A stretch of 64,000 nt of DNA from Ignavibacteria bacterium UBA2360 (GCA_002344125.1 DDTQ01000012.1:424763-488762), one strand, 5' to 3'; shown: positions 45,498 to 55,274, counted from the first letter of the stretch. Numbers and translations are program-made. The notes: generated from the sequence alone by a model not told the origin.

Positions 45498-45746
45498 CTA
45501 TTTGCCTATCAAACTTCTCAAAAACTTTCTTCCGGCTGATAACTTCAATTCTCTTTCACGCCGCATCGCGGCTGATTTATCAGGCTGCTCTTCGTTATAT
45601 ATCATCCTGTACGGCCTGTATGGTTTTGTTGATTCAACATATCCATCACAGTTCTGCTTAAATCTTCTGTCAAGATTATCCGTGTGACCCACATAAATCC
45701 TGTCTCTGGTTTCAGAATACAGGCAATAAACGAAGAATTTTCGCAT
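45498..45746 (-). CDS. Small GIY-YIG nuclease family protein
   Basis: 82 aa; FVYCLYS…RIYVGHTDNLDRR…, downstream Arg/Glu (RRERELK). Confidence 0.85.
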   Translation of the reverse strand: MRKFFVYCLYSETRDRIYVGHTDNLDRRFKQNCDGYVESTKPYRPYRMIYNEEQPDKSAAMRRERELKLSAGRKFLRSLIGK

Positions 45747-45781
45747 TTCCGCTTATCTTAAAGAACACAATAATAATAAAA

Positions 45782-46201
45782 TTAGAAAATACTTAAAATG
45801 ATATAAAATACCACAACTAAACCTGTGCTTATACCTATAAATGCGGTTTGATTCTCATTATACAGCTTCCTGAAGACAAGCGACACTATATTAACAGGCT
45901 CTATTATAACAGGCCGTATGATTCGTGTAATATTCAGCTCTGAAACTGAAATCGATTTACCGGACCTGTCTAGATAACCCGCAATTTTCTTAAATGCAGT
46001 GCCAAGCGGTACTGTTATGTGTTTCTGTATGCTGCCGGAGATCGTGATGTAAAAACTCTGCTTTGAAACATTCAACCGGATACTCATTGCAGCATTGCGT
46101 ACCCGTGTAGAAATTTTCAATAGCGCATAAATGAAAATTATAAAATAAAACATTGCTGCCAACACAACAAACCATGTAGTATTTATGAACAGATCATTCA
46201 A
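45782..46201 (-). CDS. Hypothetical membrane protein (N- and C-terminal TM); start uncertain (TTG at 46201 or ATG at 46153)
   Basis: The track ORF 45782..46345 overlaps nuoK-like by 150 nt. Only the part downstream of the nuoK-like stop is plausible. Confidence 0.3.
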   Translation of the reverse strand: MNDLFINTTWFVVLAAMFYFIIFIYALLKISTRVRNAAMSIRLNVSKQSFYITISGSIQKHITVPLGTAFKKIAGYLDRSGKSISVSELNITRIIRPVIIEPVNIVSLVFRKLYNENQTAFIGISTGLVVVFYIILSIF

Positions 46202-46499
46202 TTGATATATTTTCCCGTATATTTTGTGTGGAAAATTTCTTTTGGTGCAGTGTAAACAGCAAAATTCCCCCGGCAATATTAAGCAGGCATATGAAAGAAA
46301 CAAGATAAAGCAAAATTTGTCCTTCCGCATTAAAAGCATCCACACCCGCTATTGCCGCAATATTAATTAGTGATGCTGAAAACATCATTGTTATGCCTGT
46401 AATTATTCTAATTGAATTCTTTGAACTGAGTAGTACATATAAACCCGCTGCAAATACAATTGCGCTAACAAAAATATAAAAATTTATTCCCTCTGACAT
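46194..46499 (-). CDS. NuoK/MrpC-like small membrane subunit
   Basis: 101 aa, 3 TM; …AGLYVLLSSKNSIRIITGITMMFSASLINIAA… resembles NuoK. Confidence 0.75.
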   Translation of the reverse strand: MSEGINFYIFVSAIVFAAGLYVLLSSKNSIRIITGITMMFSASLINIAAIAGVDAFNAEGQILLYLVSFICLLNIAGGILLFTLHQKKFSTQNIRENISIE

Positions 46500-46981
46500 T
46501 AACTCTTTACTCCTTCACCAGTTCGGATACTTCCCGCAGCGCTTATGATAACGGAAGCTAACAATGCTAGTACCATTAATACCGGGAGGTATTTGGCGAA
46601 AATCAGGTAAAATGAATTAACATCATAATTTACAGCAAACACTTTCCATTTCGCGCTGCCGCCCAGACCCGCCAACACTGCTGCCAACGCACTGATCATT
46701 ATTACCGGTAGTAAATTCACCCGCGGCTGAGCTGTTTCTGTGTGTTCAATGTATTTGCTGAGCTTTGTGTATAATAAATTCCATAAGCTAAAGAATAAGA
46801 GCAGTGCCAGTATCAATAATGCTGAATAAAGCTGTGAGTTTAGTATCAACATTAATCCACTTAGACCCGCCGCAAAATAAGCGAAGTATTTCAACGAATT
46901 CTTGACTGAATACGAAAACGCTATCAGCAGCGAAGCTGATAGAGTAAGTAAAGCTGCTACATAGAATATAAATTCCTTCAA
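46499..46981 (-). CDS. NuoJ-like membrane subunit (divergent)
   Basis: 160 aa; N-terminal FIFYVAALLTLSASLL and C-terminal …LIFAKYLPVLMVLALLASVIISAAG resemble NuoJ. 1-nt overlap with the nuoK-like gene. Confidence 0.55.
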   Translation of the reverse strand: MKEFIFYVAALLTLSASLLIAFSYSVKNSLKYFAYFAAGLSGLMLILNSQLYSALLILALLLFFSLWNLLYTKLSKYIEHTETAQPRVNLLPVIMISALAAVLAGLGGSAKWKVFAVNYDVNSFYLIFAKYLPVLMVLALLASVIISAAGSIRTGEGVKS

Positions 46982-46987
46982 AATAAT

Positions 46988-47614
46988 TTATTTCAGTTCA
47001 ATTTCTTTTAGCACATAATATGTGCGGGTCAGCTGTGGGGGATTCGTACGGTTAGCGCCCCATTTTACTATCCCAACATCTTTCTTAAACCACATTTCAT
47101 AAGAAAATGTAAATCCGTCTGTCATGGATACATATATACAATCATTGTAAGTACCTGCTTCCGTAACTGCCGTTTCGTTTTCGCTGTTAACGTAACCCGT
47201 GAAGATGCCGAATTTCCAGTCATACCCTGTTCTCATATCACCAGCTTTTGGTACTATGGTACCACTTGCGCCCATATAATCTTTAATTTCAATCTCACCG
47301 CTGTTGCGAATTTTCACTGTACGCTCTTCATTGGATTGAGTTAAGTAGGGGAATGTTGATACTTTAGACTGCATCCCGTCCTCAACCTTTTTCAGGTCTT
47401 TTACTTGTACCGTATATAATACGGTTTCTTCTCTGGGAGCTTCGTTGATATATACCCATTTATTCCCCTCTGATATTGGGAAGTATTCATTAAAATTTAC
47501 AGAGTTTGTTTTTTTATCCTTTACACTTGTTTTTGTATCACCGGAATTACAGCTAAACGCGCTCCCCGCCAATATGATAATTACTAATAATGTATATTTA
47601 CTAAAACTTCTCAT
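46988..47614 (-). CDS. Hypothetical lipoprotein
   Basis: Lipobox AGSAFSC; 208 aa; 4-nt overlap with the upstream gene. Confidence 0.5.
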   Translation of the reverse strand: MRSFSKYTLLVIIILAGSAFSCNSGDTKTSVKDKKTNSVNFNEYFPISEGNKWVYINEAPREETVLYTVQVKDLKKVEDGMQSKVSTFPYLTQSNEERTVKIRNSGEIEIKDYMGASGTIVPKAGDMRTGYDWKFGIFTGYVNSENETAVTEAGTYNDCIYVSMTDGFTFSYEMWFKKDVGIVKWGANRTNPPQLTRTYYVLKEIELK

Positions 47615-48267
47615 TTCTTCCCGCCGGACTTTCTGTTCGTGCCGCTTCGCTTTGACCGGGTATTTGCCGAGCCATGTTTTCTTACGGGTTTTTTCTTTGG
47701 TGTGGCCTTAACCTCCGGTTCTGTAACCTGCTGCTCTACTACATTCTCTTCCAGTGCTTTAGGTAACTGTATTTCTTCTTCTATAATAACTTCCTCTGTA
47801 ATAACTTCCTCTGTAACAACTTCCTCTGTAGCAACTTCCTCTGTAATAACTTCCTCTGTAATAACTTCTGTAACTTTCAGGTCTTTAGTTAGAATTTTAT
47901 CGCTTCCTGTTTTAATGATCTCTTTAATAATTATATCTTCTTCAATTACATTGCCTTTGGGTATATAAGCAAATTTTTTCCCGCTTACGAAGTTTATCAT
48001 CTTGAAAAGCAGTGGTGAGAAAGTTATTGCTGTAAGCACAGCTATCAAAAGCGCAGCATTTAAACCATAATAAATATCAAACTTCAAAACATATGTAAAA
48101 GTTAATATCTGTAAAGAAATGAATGAGAGAACTAAAACTCCTGCAAAAAAGGGATTAGTTAATTTATTGAATTTTAAGCGGAAATTACTGCTCAGAATCC
48201 CCGGCACTAATATTATCAACGCCGCAAGGAAAGGCAAAGCCTGCAATATTGTAATTTGCTCACTCAT
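47611..48267 (-). CDS. Membrane protein with an acidic (V/I)TEEV pentapeptide repeat and a basic tail
   Basis: 3 N-terminal TM; VTEVITEEVITEEVATEEVVTEEVITEEVIIEEE encoded by 15-nt repeats at 47786..47872. Confidence 0.5.
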   Translation of the reverse strand: MSEQITILQALPFLAALIILVPGILSSNFRLKFNKLTNPFFAGVLVLSFISLQILTFTYVLKFDIYYGLNAALLIAVLTAITFSPLLFKMINFVSGKKFAYIPKGNVIEEDIIIKEIIKTGSDKILTKDLKVTEVITEEVITEEVATEEVVTEEVITEEVIIEEEIQLPKALEENVVEQQVTEPEVKATPKKKPVRKHGSANTRSKRSGTNRKSGGKK

Positions 48268-48311
48268 TTGCCGTAAAATTACTTAAAAAAATATAAAAAA
48301 ATTAAATAAAT

Positions 48312-48340
48312 AAAAAAGACAGGTTAATAACCTGTCTTTT
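48312..48340 (-). terminator. Rho-independent terminator after trxA
   Basis: GACAGGTTA/TAACCTGTC stem flanked by an A6 and a T4 run. Confidence 0.7.
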
Positions 48341-48366
48341 AGAACTTAATTGTGCTGATGAACCGC

Positions 48367-48696
48367 TTACGCCGGCTGAAGCTGAGCATCTAATTTCTGC
48401 GCAAGCGCCTGCTTGGGTACTGCGCCAATTATCTGGTCAACAATTTTGCCGTCTCTGAAAATTAATATTGTCGGAATACTTCTTATTCCGTATGTTGTTG
48501 AAATATTTGGATTGTTATCAACATCAACTTTGCCAACTTTTGCTTTGCCCTGGTATTCACCTGCAAGCTCTTCAACAAAAGGCGCTATCATTTTACAGGG
48601 TCCGCACCATACAGCCCAGAAATCTACCAATACCGGTACATCTGATTTAATTACTTCCTGGTCAAAATTAGCGTCTGTGAATTCAATTGGATGCAT
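48367..48696 (-). CDS. trxA: Thioredoxin
   Basis: WAVWCGPCK active site; 109 aa. Confidence 0.95.
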   Translation of the reverse strand: MHPIEFTDANFDQEVIKSDVPVLVDFWAVWCGPCKMIAPFVEELAGEYQGKAKVGKVDVDNNPNISTTYGIRSIPTILIFRDGKIVDQIIGAVPKQALAQKLDAQLQPA

Positions 48697-48739
48697 TTTC
48701 TCTCCTTTTACAATATAAATGTATATAAAAATTTTCCTG

Positions 48740-51700
48740 TTACTGCAATATAATATTATCTTTACCGAAAATCTCTGTTAAAACTTTTTCAGTGTATTTA
48801 TCATAATGTATTCTTACGTTTTCAAGTTCCATTTGGCTCTCTTTGTGCCCGTTTTTGAGGTGAATTTCAACAATTGACTCGCCCTCGTGAGCGCTGAAAA
48901 TTGTCTTTGCCTGGAAAAGCTTTGCAGCGTCAAAGCTGTTTGAATCTATTTTTATCAATATCTTCTCAGGCTGTTTTGCGCTCTCAGCGGATTTTGTCAG
49001 AGGCTTTATCTCATCCACTATAAGTTTTATCGAATTTCCGTTCTCTTCGGCCTTACCTATAATAGTGACTATTGAATCATCCACTAATATTTCGCGGTAC
49101 TGCTCGTATGTCTTTGGGAATACAACACACTCACCCTGACCCGTAAAATCTTCAAGTGTAAACACTGCGAAGCGGTTGCCCTTCTTGCTCATCTTTACCT
49201 TCATATCGGTAATTATTCCGCACATTCTAACCCTTTGCAGCTGCTTGAAATCAATTTCTTCGCTGTCAACATCGGCAACATCACTGAACTTGAACGGGTT
49301 CAGTTTGCTTATCTCGTTTTCGTAATCGCTGAGCGGGTGCGCGCTTACATATAAGCCAAGTACAGATTTTTCCAGTGATAACTTCTCGCGGTCAGACCAA
49401 TCCCTGTAATCCGCGCTCAGCTTGCTGAATATCACATCCTTAATTCCTGCAGCCTTTTTACCCGTATCAAATAGGTTCGATTGACCCTTCGATTCATTCT
49501 TCTTTACGCTGTACCTGTGCATTGCCGCTTCATAATTATCGTAGAACTTCTTGCGCACCTTATCAAAGCAGTCAAACGCACCGGCGTATATCAGCGATTC
49601 CAATGTCTTTTTATTCACCACCCGTGGATCAACCCTCGAAGCAAAATCTACAAAACTTTCAAATTTACCATGCTCCAGGCGTTCTTTGATAATATTATCT
49701 ACGGCAGTTTTACCTACATTCTTAATTGCAGTCAGTCCAAATAGTATCTGGTTTTCTATTTCAGGATTAATTGTGAATGCCTTGTAGCATACATTAATAT
49801 CAGGCAGGCTAAGGGTGATCTTCATGCGCTTACATTCATTTATCAGCAATACCATTTCATCCATATCTTCATAGCGGCAGTTTAGCTGCGCCGTCATGAA
49901 CTCAAGTGGGTAGTGGGTTTTTAAATACGCAGTATAATAAGCCAATACGCTGTATGCCACACTATGAGACTTGTTAAAACCGTAATCAGCGAATTTTAAT
50001 ATTAACTTAAATATTTCTTTCGCAACTTTTTTGTTATATCCTTTTTCTGCAGCGCCTTTAATGAATTCCTCTTCCTGCTCCTTCATCAGCTTCTCATCTT
50101 TTTTGCCCATCGCGCGTCTAACAAGATCCGCTTTTGCAAGCGAGTAACCCGCAATTACCCTCACAAGCTGCATAACCTGCTCCTGGTAAACTATAACACC
50201 GTACGTTTCATTCAGAACAAGCTCCATATCGGGGTGAAGATATGTTACATCCTTTCTGCCGTGTTTGCGATCAATGAATTCAGGGATAAGATCCATCGGA
50301 CCCGGTCTGTAAAGCGCGTTCATAGCCGCAAGGTCATTTATATTCTTCGGCTTAAGCTTCGCAAGGTATTCCCGCATCTTAGGTTTCGAAAACTGGAAGA
50401 TACCTATGGTATGACCGTTCGCAAAAAGCTCATATGTCTTTGCATCATCCAAAGGGAGCGTATCAAGATCTATTTTGATCTTATGCCGCTCTTCTATCAG
50501 GTCAACTGCCTGCTGAAGAATCTTTAATTCCTTCAGTCCCAGAAAGTCCATCTTTATCAGACCCGCATCTTCCAGCATCTTCATATCATACTGGGTCATG
50601 TACTGATTTTCTGATTGCGGAGCTTTTGCAATTGGTACATAATCAGAAATATCCGAAGGCGCTATCACAACGCCCGATGCGTGCATGCTCACGTTCTTAT
50701 TAAGATTCTCAAGCACCACCGCGTAGTCAAGCAGCTTTTTGCGTTCTTTTGCCTGGTCGAAATACTGCTTGAAATCAGGTATTTCATTGTAACAATCGGT
50801 CAGTGATTTTATCTTACCAAATACCGATGGTACATGTTTGGTAACTTCATTGATTGTATCAAAAGGATAGTTCAAAACTCTGCCAACATCTTTTAATACA
50901 GCCTTGGTCTTGAGTTTATTAAAGGTTACGATCTGCGAAACTGAATTCACGCCGTATTTCTGCCTGGAGTATTCAATTACCTCATCGCGCTTATCATCCT
51001 GAAAATCGATGTCAATATCTGGCATCGAAACACGCTCAGGATTCAAAAATCTCTCAAACAGCAGGTTGTAATCTATCGGATTCACATTCGTAATGCCCAG
51101 CGCGTAACAAACCAGCGAACCGGCGGCAGATCCTCTGCCGGGTCCCACATATATACCGCTCTTCTTGGCGTGATTGACAAAATCTGCCACAATAAGGAAG
51201 TAACCCGAAAATTTCATTGATGTGATAACATCAAGCTCCAGATCAAGTCTGTCAATTTCTGTTTGGGTCACATTTTTAATTTTTTCCCTTAATCCTTCAT
51301 GTGAAAGCTGCCTGAAATACTCATCCAGAGTGGCCGCGCCTGATTCTTTCGGAATAGGGAAGTTGGGCATGTGGTAAACGTTCCTGGGAAGTTCCAGGTT
51401 GCACTTATCAGCTACCTCTAAGGTCGATTGGATCGCCTCAGGGAAATCTTTAAATATTTTACACATCTCTTCTGCTGATTTAAAATAAACCTGGTCGGTT
51501 TCATATCTTAAGTCAGTTTCAAGATTTTTGCCCTCTTTATCTTTTGAAAGATCAGTGCTTATATAAAGGTAAAGATTATGCGGTATATGATGCTCGTATT
51601 TTATGTAGTGTATATCGTTTGTGGCTATTGTCTTCAGTCCAAGCTCTTTCGCCAATGCTGGTACGTGTTTGCGGATCTTTGCCTCAATTTCCATCCCGTG

Positions 51701-52300
51701 ATTCTGCATCTCAAGATAAAAATCCTCGCTCCCGAATATATCCCTGTAAATTATTGCTGTCTCTTTTGCTTCGTCAAGGTCTCCACGCGCAATATGCGAT
51801 GAAACAACACCACCCGCGCAGGCTGAAAGGCATACAAGCCCTTCGCTGTATTGACGCAGTACTTCAGTGTCAATTCTTGGCTTGTAGTAAAATCCTTCGG
51901 TGTGTCCAATGGAACATAATTTAACTAGATTTTGATACCCTTTGTAACCTTTTGCAAGCAGAACAAGATGATCGTAATTGGATTTACGGTTTGAGAGTTT
52001 GCCTATGGTTTTTCCTGATTTATCCTTGCCGAGCATTGTATCGGCATTATCATCTGCTTTGCCTTTGGTAAACCGTGAGCCCTTTGTTACTATATATACT
52101 TCGCAGCCCAGGATTGGCTTTATTCCCGCTTTTTTGGCTTTGTTGTAGAACTCCATTGAGCCGTACATCACCCCGTGATCGGTCAACGCAAGCGCAGGCA
52201 TGTTATGCTCCTTCGCCGCGCCAACAAGACCCTCTATGGTGCAAATAGCATCAAGCAGTGAGTAATGCGAATGGTTATGTAAATGTATGAATTTAGACAA
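48740..52300 (-). CDS. dnaE: DNA polymerase III alpha subunit
   Basis: 1186 aa; PHP domain HLHNHSHYSLLDA; polymerase core; OB-fold tail. Confidence 0.95.
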   Translation of the reverse strand: MSKFIHLHNHSHYSLLDAICTIEGLVGAAKEHNMPALALTDHGVMYGSMEFYNKAKKAGIKPILGCEVYIVTKGSRFTKGKADDNADTMLGKDKSGKTIGKLSNRKSNYDHLVLLAKGYKGYQNLVKLCSIGHTEGFYYKPRIDTEVLRQYSEGLVCLSACAGGVVSSHIARGDLDEAKETAIIYRDIFGSEDFYLEMQNHGMEIEAKIRKHVPALAKELGLKTIATNDIHYIKYEHHIPHNLYLYISTDLSKDKEGKNLETDLRYETDQVYFKSAEEMCKIFKDFPEAIQSTLEVADKCNLELPRNVYHMPNFPIPKESGAATLDEYFRQLSHEGLREKIKNVTQTEIDRLDLELDVITSMKFSGYFLIVADFVNHAKKSGIYVGPGRGSAAGSLVCYALGITNVNPIDYNLLFERFLNPERVSMPDIDIDFQDDKRDEVIEYSRQKYGVNSVSQIVTFNKLKTKAVLKDVGRVLNYPFDTINEVTKHVPSVFGKIKSLTDCYNEIPDFKQYFDQAKERKKLLDYAVVLENLNKNVSMHASGVVIAPSDISDYVPIAKAPQSENQYMTQYDMKMLEDAGLIKMDFLGLKELKILQQAVDLIEERHKIKIDLDTLPLDDAKTYELFANGHTIGIFQFSKPKMREYLAKLKPKNINDLAAMNALYRPGPMDLIPEFIDRKHGRKDVTYLHPDMELVLNETYGVIVYQEQVMQLVRVIAGYSLAKADLVRRAMGKKDEKLMKEQEEEFIKGAAEKGYNKKVAKEIFKLILKFADYGFNKSHSVAYSVLAYYTAYLKTHYPLEFMTAQLNCRYEDMDEMVLLINECKRMKITLSLPDINVCYKAFTINPEIENQILFGLTAIKNVGKTAVDNIIKERLEHGKFESFVDFASRVDPRVVNKKTLESLIYAGAFDCFDKVRKKFYDNYEAAMHRYSVKKNESKGQSNLFDTGKKAAGIKDVIFSKLSADYRDWSDREKLSLEKSVLGLYVSAHPLSDYENEISKLNPFKFSDVADVDSEEIDFKQLQRVRMCGIITDMKVKMSKKGNRFAVFTLEDFTGQGECVVFPKTYEQYREILVDDSIVTIIGKAEENGNSIKLIVDEIKPLTKSAESAKQPEKILIKIDSNSFDAAKLFQAKTIFSAHEGESIVEIHLKNGHKESQMELENVRIHYDKYTEKVLTEIFGKDNIILQ

Positions 52301-52598
52301 TCAGCAGTCATTCCCGCCAAAGCGGGAATCCATTATTATTATGTTTATCTCATTCCCAATCTGCCCCAACGATAGCTGGGTTTGGGAATGCAATCAGTTT
52401 TTTATTGGAATGATTGCAAATATACGAAATTTTAAATTCTTAATTTAGAACATTAAAATTCCTATTTATTAATTATCATTGAAACTATAGTTTACATTTA
52501 CTTAATTGCATTGTATCATTTTAGTTTATAGTAACCTAATAATTGTTTTATAGGGAATAGTAAACGGATTTTATTTATCCAACAGGTTATAATCAAGT

Positions 52599-53599
52599 AT
52601 GCTTGATAATATTCAAATTTACAGAGATGAAGATAATCTAATTCAAATTGAAGTGAAATTTGAAGATGACACTGTCTGGCTAAACCAACAGCAGATGTCA
52701 AGTCTTTTTCTTACTGATAGAACTTCAATTTTGAAGCATCTGCAAAATATATATAAAAACAAAGAGTTAAAGAAAAGCCAAACTTGTGCAAAATTTGCAC
52801 AGGTTCAAAAAGAAGGAAGAAAGAAAGTAAGCAGGAAGATACTTTACTATAATCTGGATGCCGTAATATCCGTTGGGTATAGAGTGAATTCAAAAAGAGG
52901 AGTCCAATTCCGTCAATGGGCAACAAAGAGATTGAAAGAAATTTTGGTTGAAGGATATTCGATTAATCTCAAAAAACTTGAAAAGCAAACCGAAAAAATC
53001 AAGGATCTAAAAAATACAATTCAGATAATTTCTCGTATACCAAAAGAAAAACAACTTGAACCATCTGAGGCTAAGGGCTTAATTGATGTTATTACTCAGT
53101 ATTCATTTGCTCTTGATACTCTGGATGAATATGATTATCAAAGGTTGACTTATAAAAGACTTAACACCAGAAAAGCGGCAAAAATTACTTATGAAGAATG
53201 TATAAGTATAATATCTCAGTTAAAAAGTAAGTTCAACAGTTCCAAATTATTCGGAAAAGAAAAAGACAGTTCCTTTAAGAGTTCAATTAATACATTGTTC
53301 CAGACATTTGATAAAAAAGAATTGTATCCCGGTTTTGAAGAAAAATGCGCAATATTACTTTACCTCATCATAAAAAACCATTCATTTGTTGATGGAAATA
53401 AAAGAATAGCAGCATCAATTTTTATTTGGTTCCTTTCGAAAACAATTCTCTTTACAATACTGATGGGAGCAAGAAAATTTCCGATAATGAACTGGTTGTT
53501 CTATGTCTAATGATTGCATCCAGTGACCCAAAAGAAAAAGACATAATTCTGAAAGTTATCGTAAAGCTATTATCTGAAAAGGGAAAAAGCATAATCTAA
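52599..53599 (+). pseudogene. RhuM-family N-terminal domain fused to a Fic/Doc domain; frameshifted at the A4 run 53439..53442
   Basis: Fic/Doc motif HSFVDGNKRIAA. After …IWFLSK the homologous C-terminus NSLYNTDGSKKISDNELVVLCLMIASSDPKEKDIILKVIVKLLSEKGKSII* continues in another frame to 53599. One extra A would restore the frame. Confidence 0.7.
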
Positions 53600-53675
53600 T
53601 ACGGAATATTTAAATTCGGAATTAACATGATTCGTATACATAAAAACAAAGTATCGAGAACTAATTTTATTCAAT

Positions 53676-55073
53676 ATGAACACTAATACCCCCGTTTCCA
53701 ACAAAATGCCTAAAGGCATTCCCTATATTATAGGCAATGAACTTGCCGAACGCTTTAGCTATTACGGAATGAAAACAATACTCGTTGTATTTATGACGCA
53801 GTATTTAATGAACCGCTCGGGCGCTGTTGAACCAATGACCGATGCCGATGCCACTACATGGTATCACTACTTTTCAATGGCTAATTATTTCTTCCCCATA
53901 CTCGGTGCAATTCTATCCGATGTGCTGTGGGGTAAATACAAAACTATTATGACCCTTTCTATTGTGTATGTATTAGGGCACGTTGCACTAGCAGTTGATG
54001 ATACAAGGCTAGGTCTCTCTATCGGATTGACACTCATAGCAATGGGCTCAGGCGGTATCAAACCGTGCGTTTCCGCGCACGTGGGCGATCAGTTCACCCA
54101 AGCGAATAAACATCTCCTCGAAAAAATATTCGGCTATTTTTATTTTTCTGTAAATCTCGGAGCCGCAGCTTCATCACTGCTGACTCCCGTACTGCTTGAT
54201 GTTTATGGACCGCATCTCGCTTTCGGTGTACCCGGATTCCTTATGCTGGTTGCAACTATAGTATTCTTTATGGGCAGAAAGGTCTTCGTGGCGGTACCGC
54301 CGGTAGGGTGGAAGCAATACAAAGGCGACCTGCTATCCAAACAGGGGAAGAAAGCTATTGTAAATCTTTCAGTTATGTATATATTCATTGCCGTGTTCTG
54401 GTCTTTGTTCGATCAAACCGGTTCCAGTTGGGTGCTGCAGGCCGAGCAAATGGATAAATTCGTGGATCTTGGATTCGTTAAGTTTGAACTCCTCGCTTCG
54501 CAAATTCAGGCCATCAATCCGCTGCTGATAATGATCTTTATACCGCTTTTTACTTCAGTGTTATACCCGTTCCTGAATAAATTTTTTAAACTGACTGCCC
54601 TTAAAAAGATCGTTATCGGTATGTTCATTGCCGGGTTTTCATTCGCGCTGCTGGCTGTCGCCCAAATGCAGATTGTCGGCGGTTCAACACCCAGTATATT
54701 ATGGCAGTTCTTTGCGTATTTTATACTTACTGCCGCCGAAGTCATGGTTTCTATTACCGGACTCGAATTTTCATATACACAGGCTCCTAACAGCATGAAA
54801 TCGTTTGTAATGGGACTCTGGCTCCTTTCAGTCGCGCTCGGTAATTTTATTACCGCGCAGGTAACATCACATCTTCAGGATATTGTTACCATTGGCACAC
54901 CTCTGTATTTTTGGTTCTTTGCCGGACTCATGTTCGTTACTGCGATCATATTTGTTATAATCGCCTCAAGGTACAAAGAAGAAAGCTATATCCAGAATCG
55001 TGACGAAAAACCAAAACCGCTTGCCGGTACTGAAGGCATATTAACCGATATGGATGGCGTTGATAACAAATAA
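53676..55073 (+). CDS. POT/PTR2 family di-/tripeptide:proton symporter
   Basis: …GNELAERFSYYGMKTILVVFM… signature; 465 aa, multi-TM. Confidence 0.9.
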   Translation: MNTNTPVSNKMPKGIPYIIGNELAERFSYYGMKTILVVFMTQYLMNRSGAVEPMTDADATTWYHYFSMANYFFPILGAILSDVLWGKYKTIMTLSIVYVLGHVALAVDDTRLGLSIGLTLIAMGSGGIKPCVSAHVGDQFTQANKHLLEKIFGYFYFSVNLGAAASSLLTPVLLDVYGPHLAFGVPGFLMLVATIVFFMGRKVFVAVPPVGWKQYKGDLLSKQGKKAIVNLSVMYIFIAVFWSLFDQTGSSWVLQAEQMDKFVDLGFVKFELLASQIQAINPLLIMIFIPLFTSVLYPFLNKFFKLTALKKIVIGMFIAGFSFALLAVAQMQIVGGSTPSILWQFFAYFILTAAEVMVSITGLEFSYTQAPNSMKSFVMGLWLLSVALGNFITAQVTSHLQDIVTIGTPLYFWFFAGLMFVTAIIFVIIASRYKEESYIQNRDEKPKPLAGTEGILTDMDGVDNK

Positions 55074-55274
55074 AATCCCGCTTAAGCGGGACCAGCAAAA
55101 AAAGCTGGAATGACAGATATCAAAGCTCAAATATCAAATATTTTTAACAAATGATTAAACATTTTTGTCATCCTGAAGAGTCCCGCGAAAACAACGCGGG
55201 ACGATAAAGGAGCCGGACGACAATCTCGGATTCTATACTTCGCCTCCACTTGCATTCATCTCCATTCAAACACT

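Noticed and set aside
45782-46345. 187-aa ORF as listed in the track
   Set aside because: Its first roughly 48 codons overlap the well-supported NuoK-like gene in another frame. Only the downstream part (from about 46201 or 46153) is retained, at low confidence.
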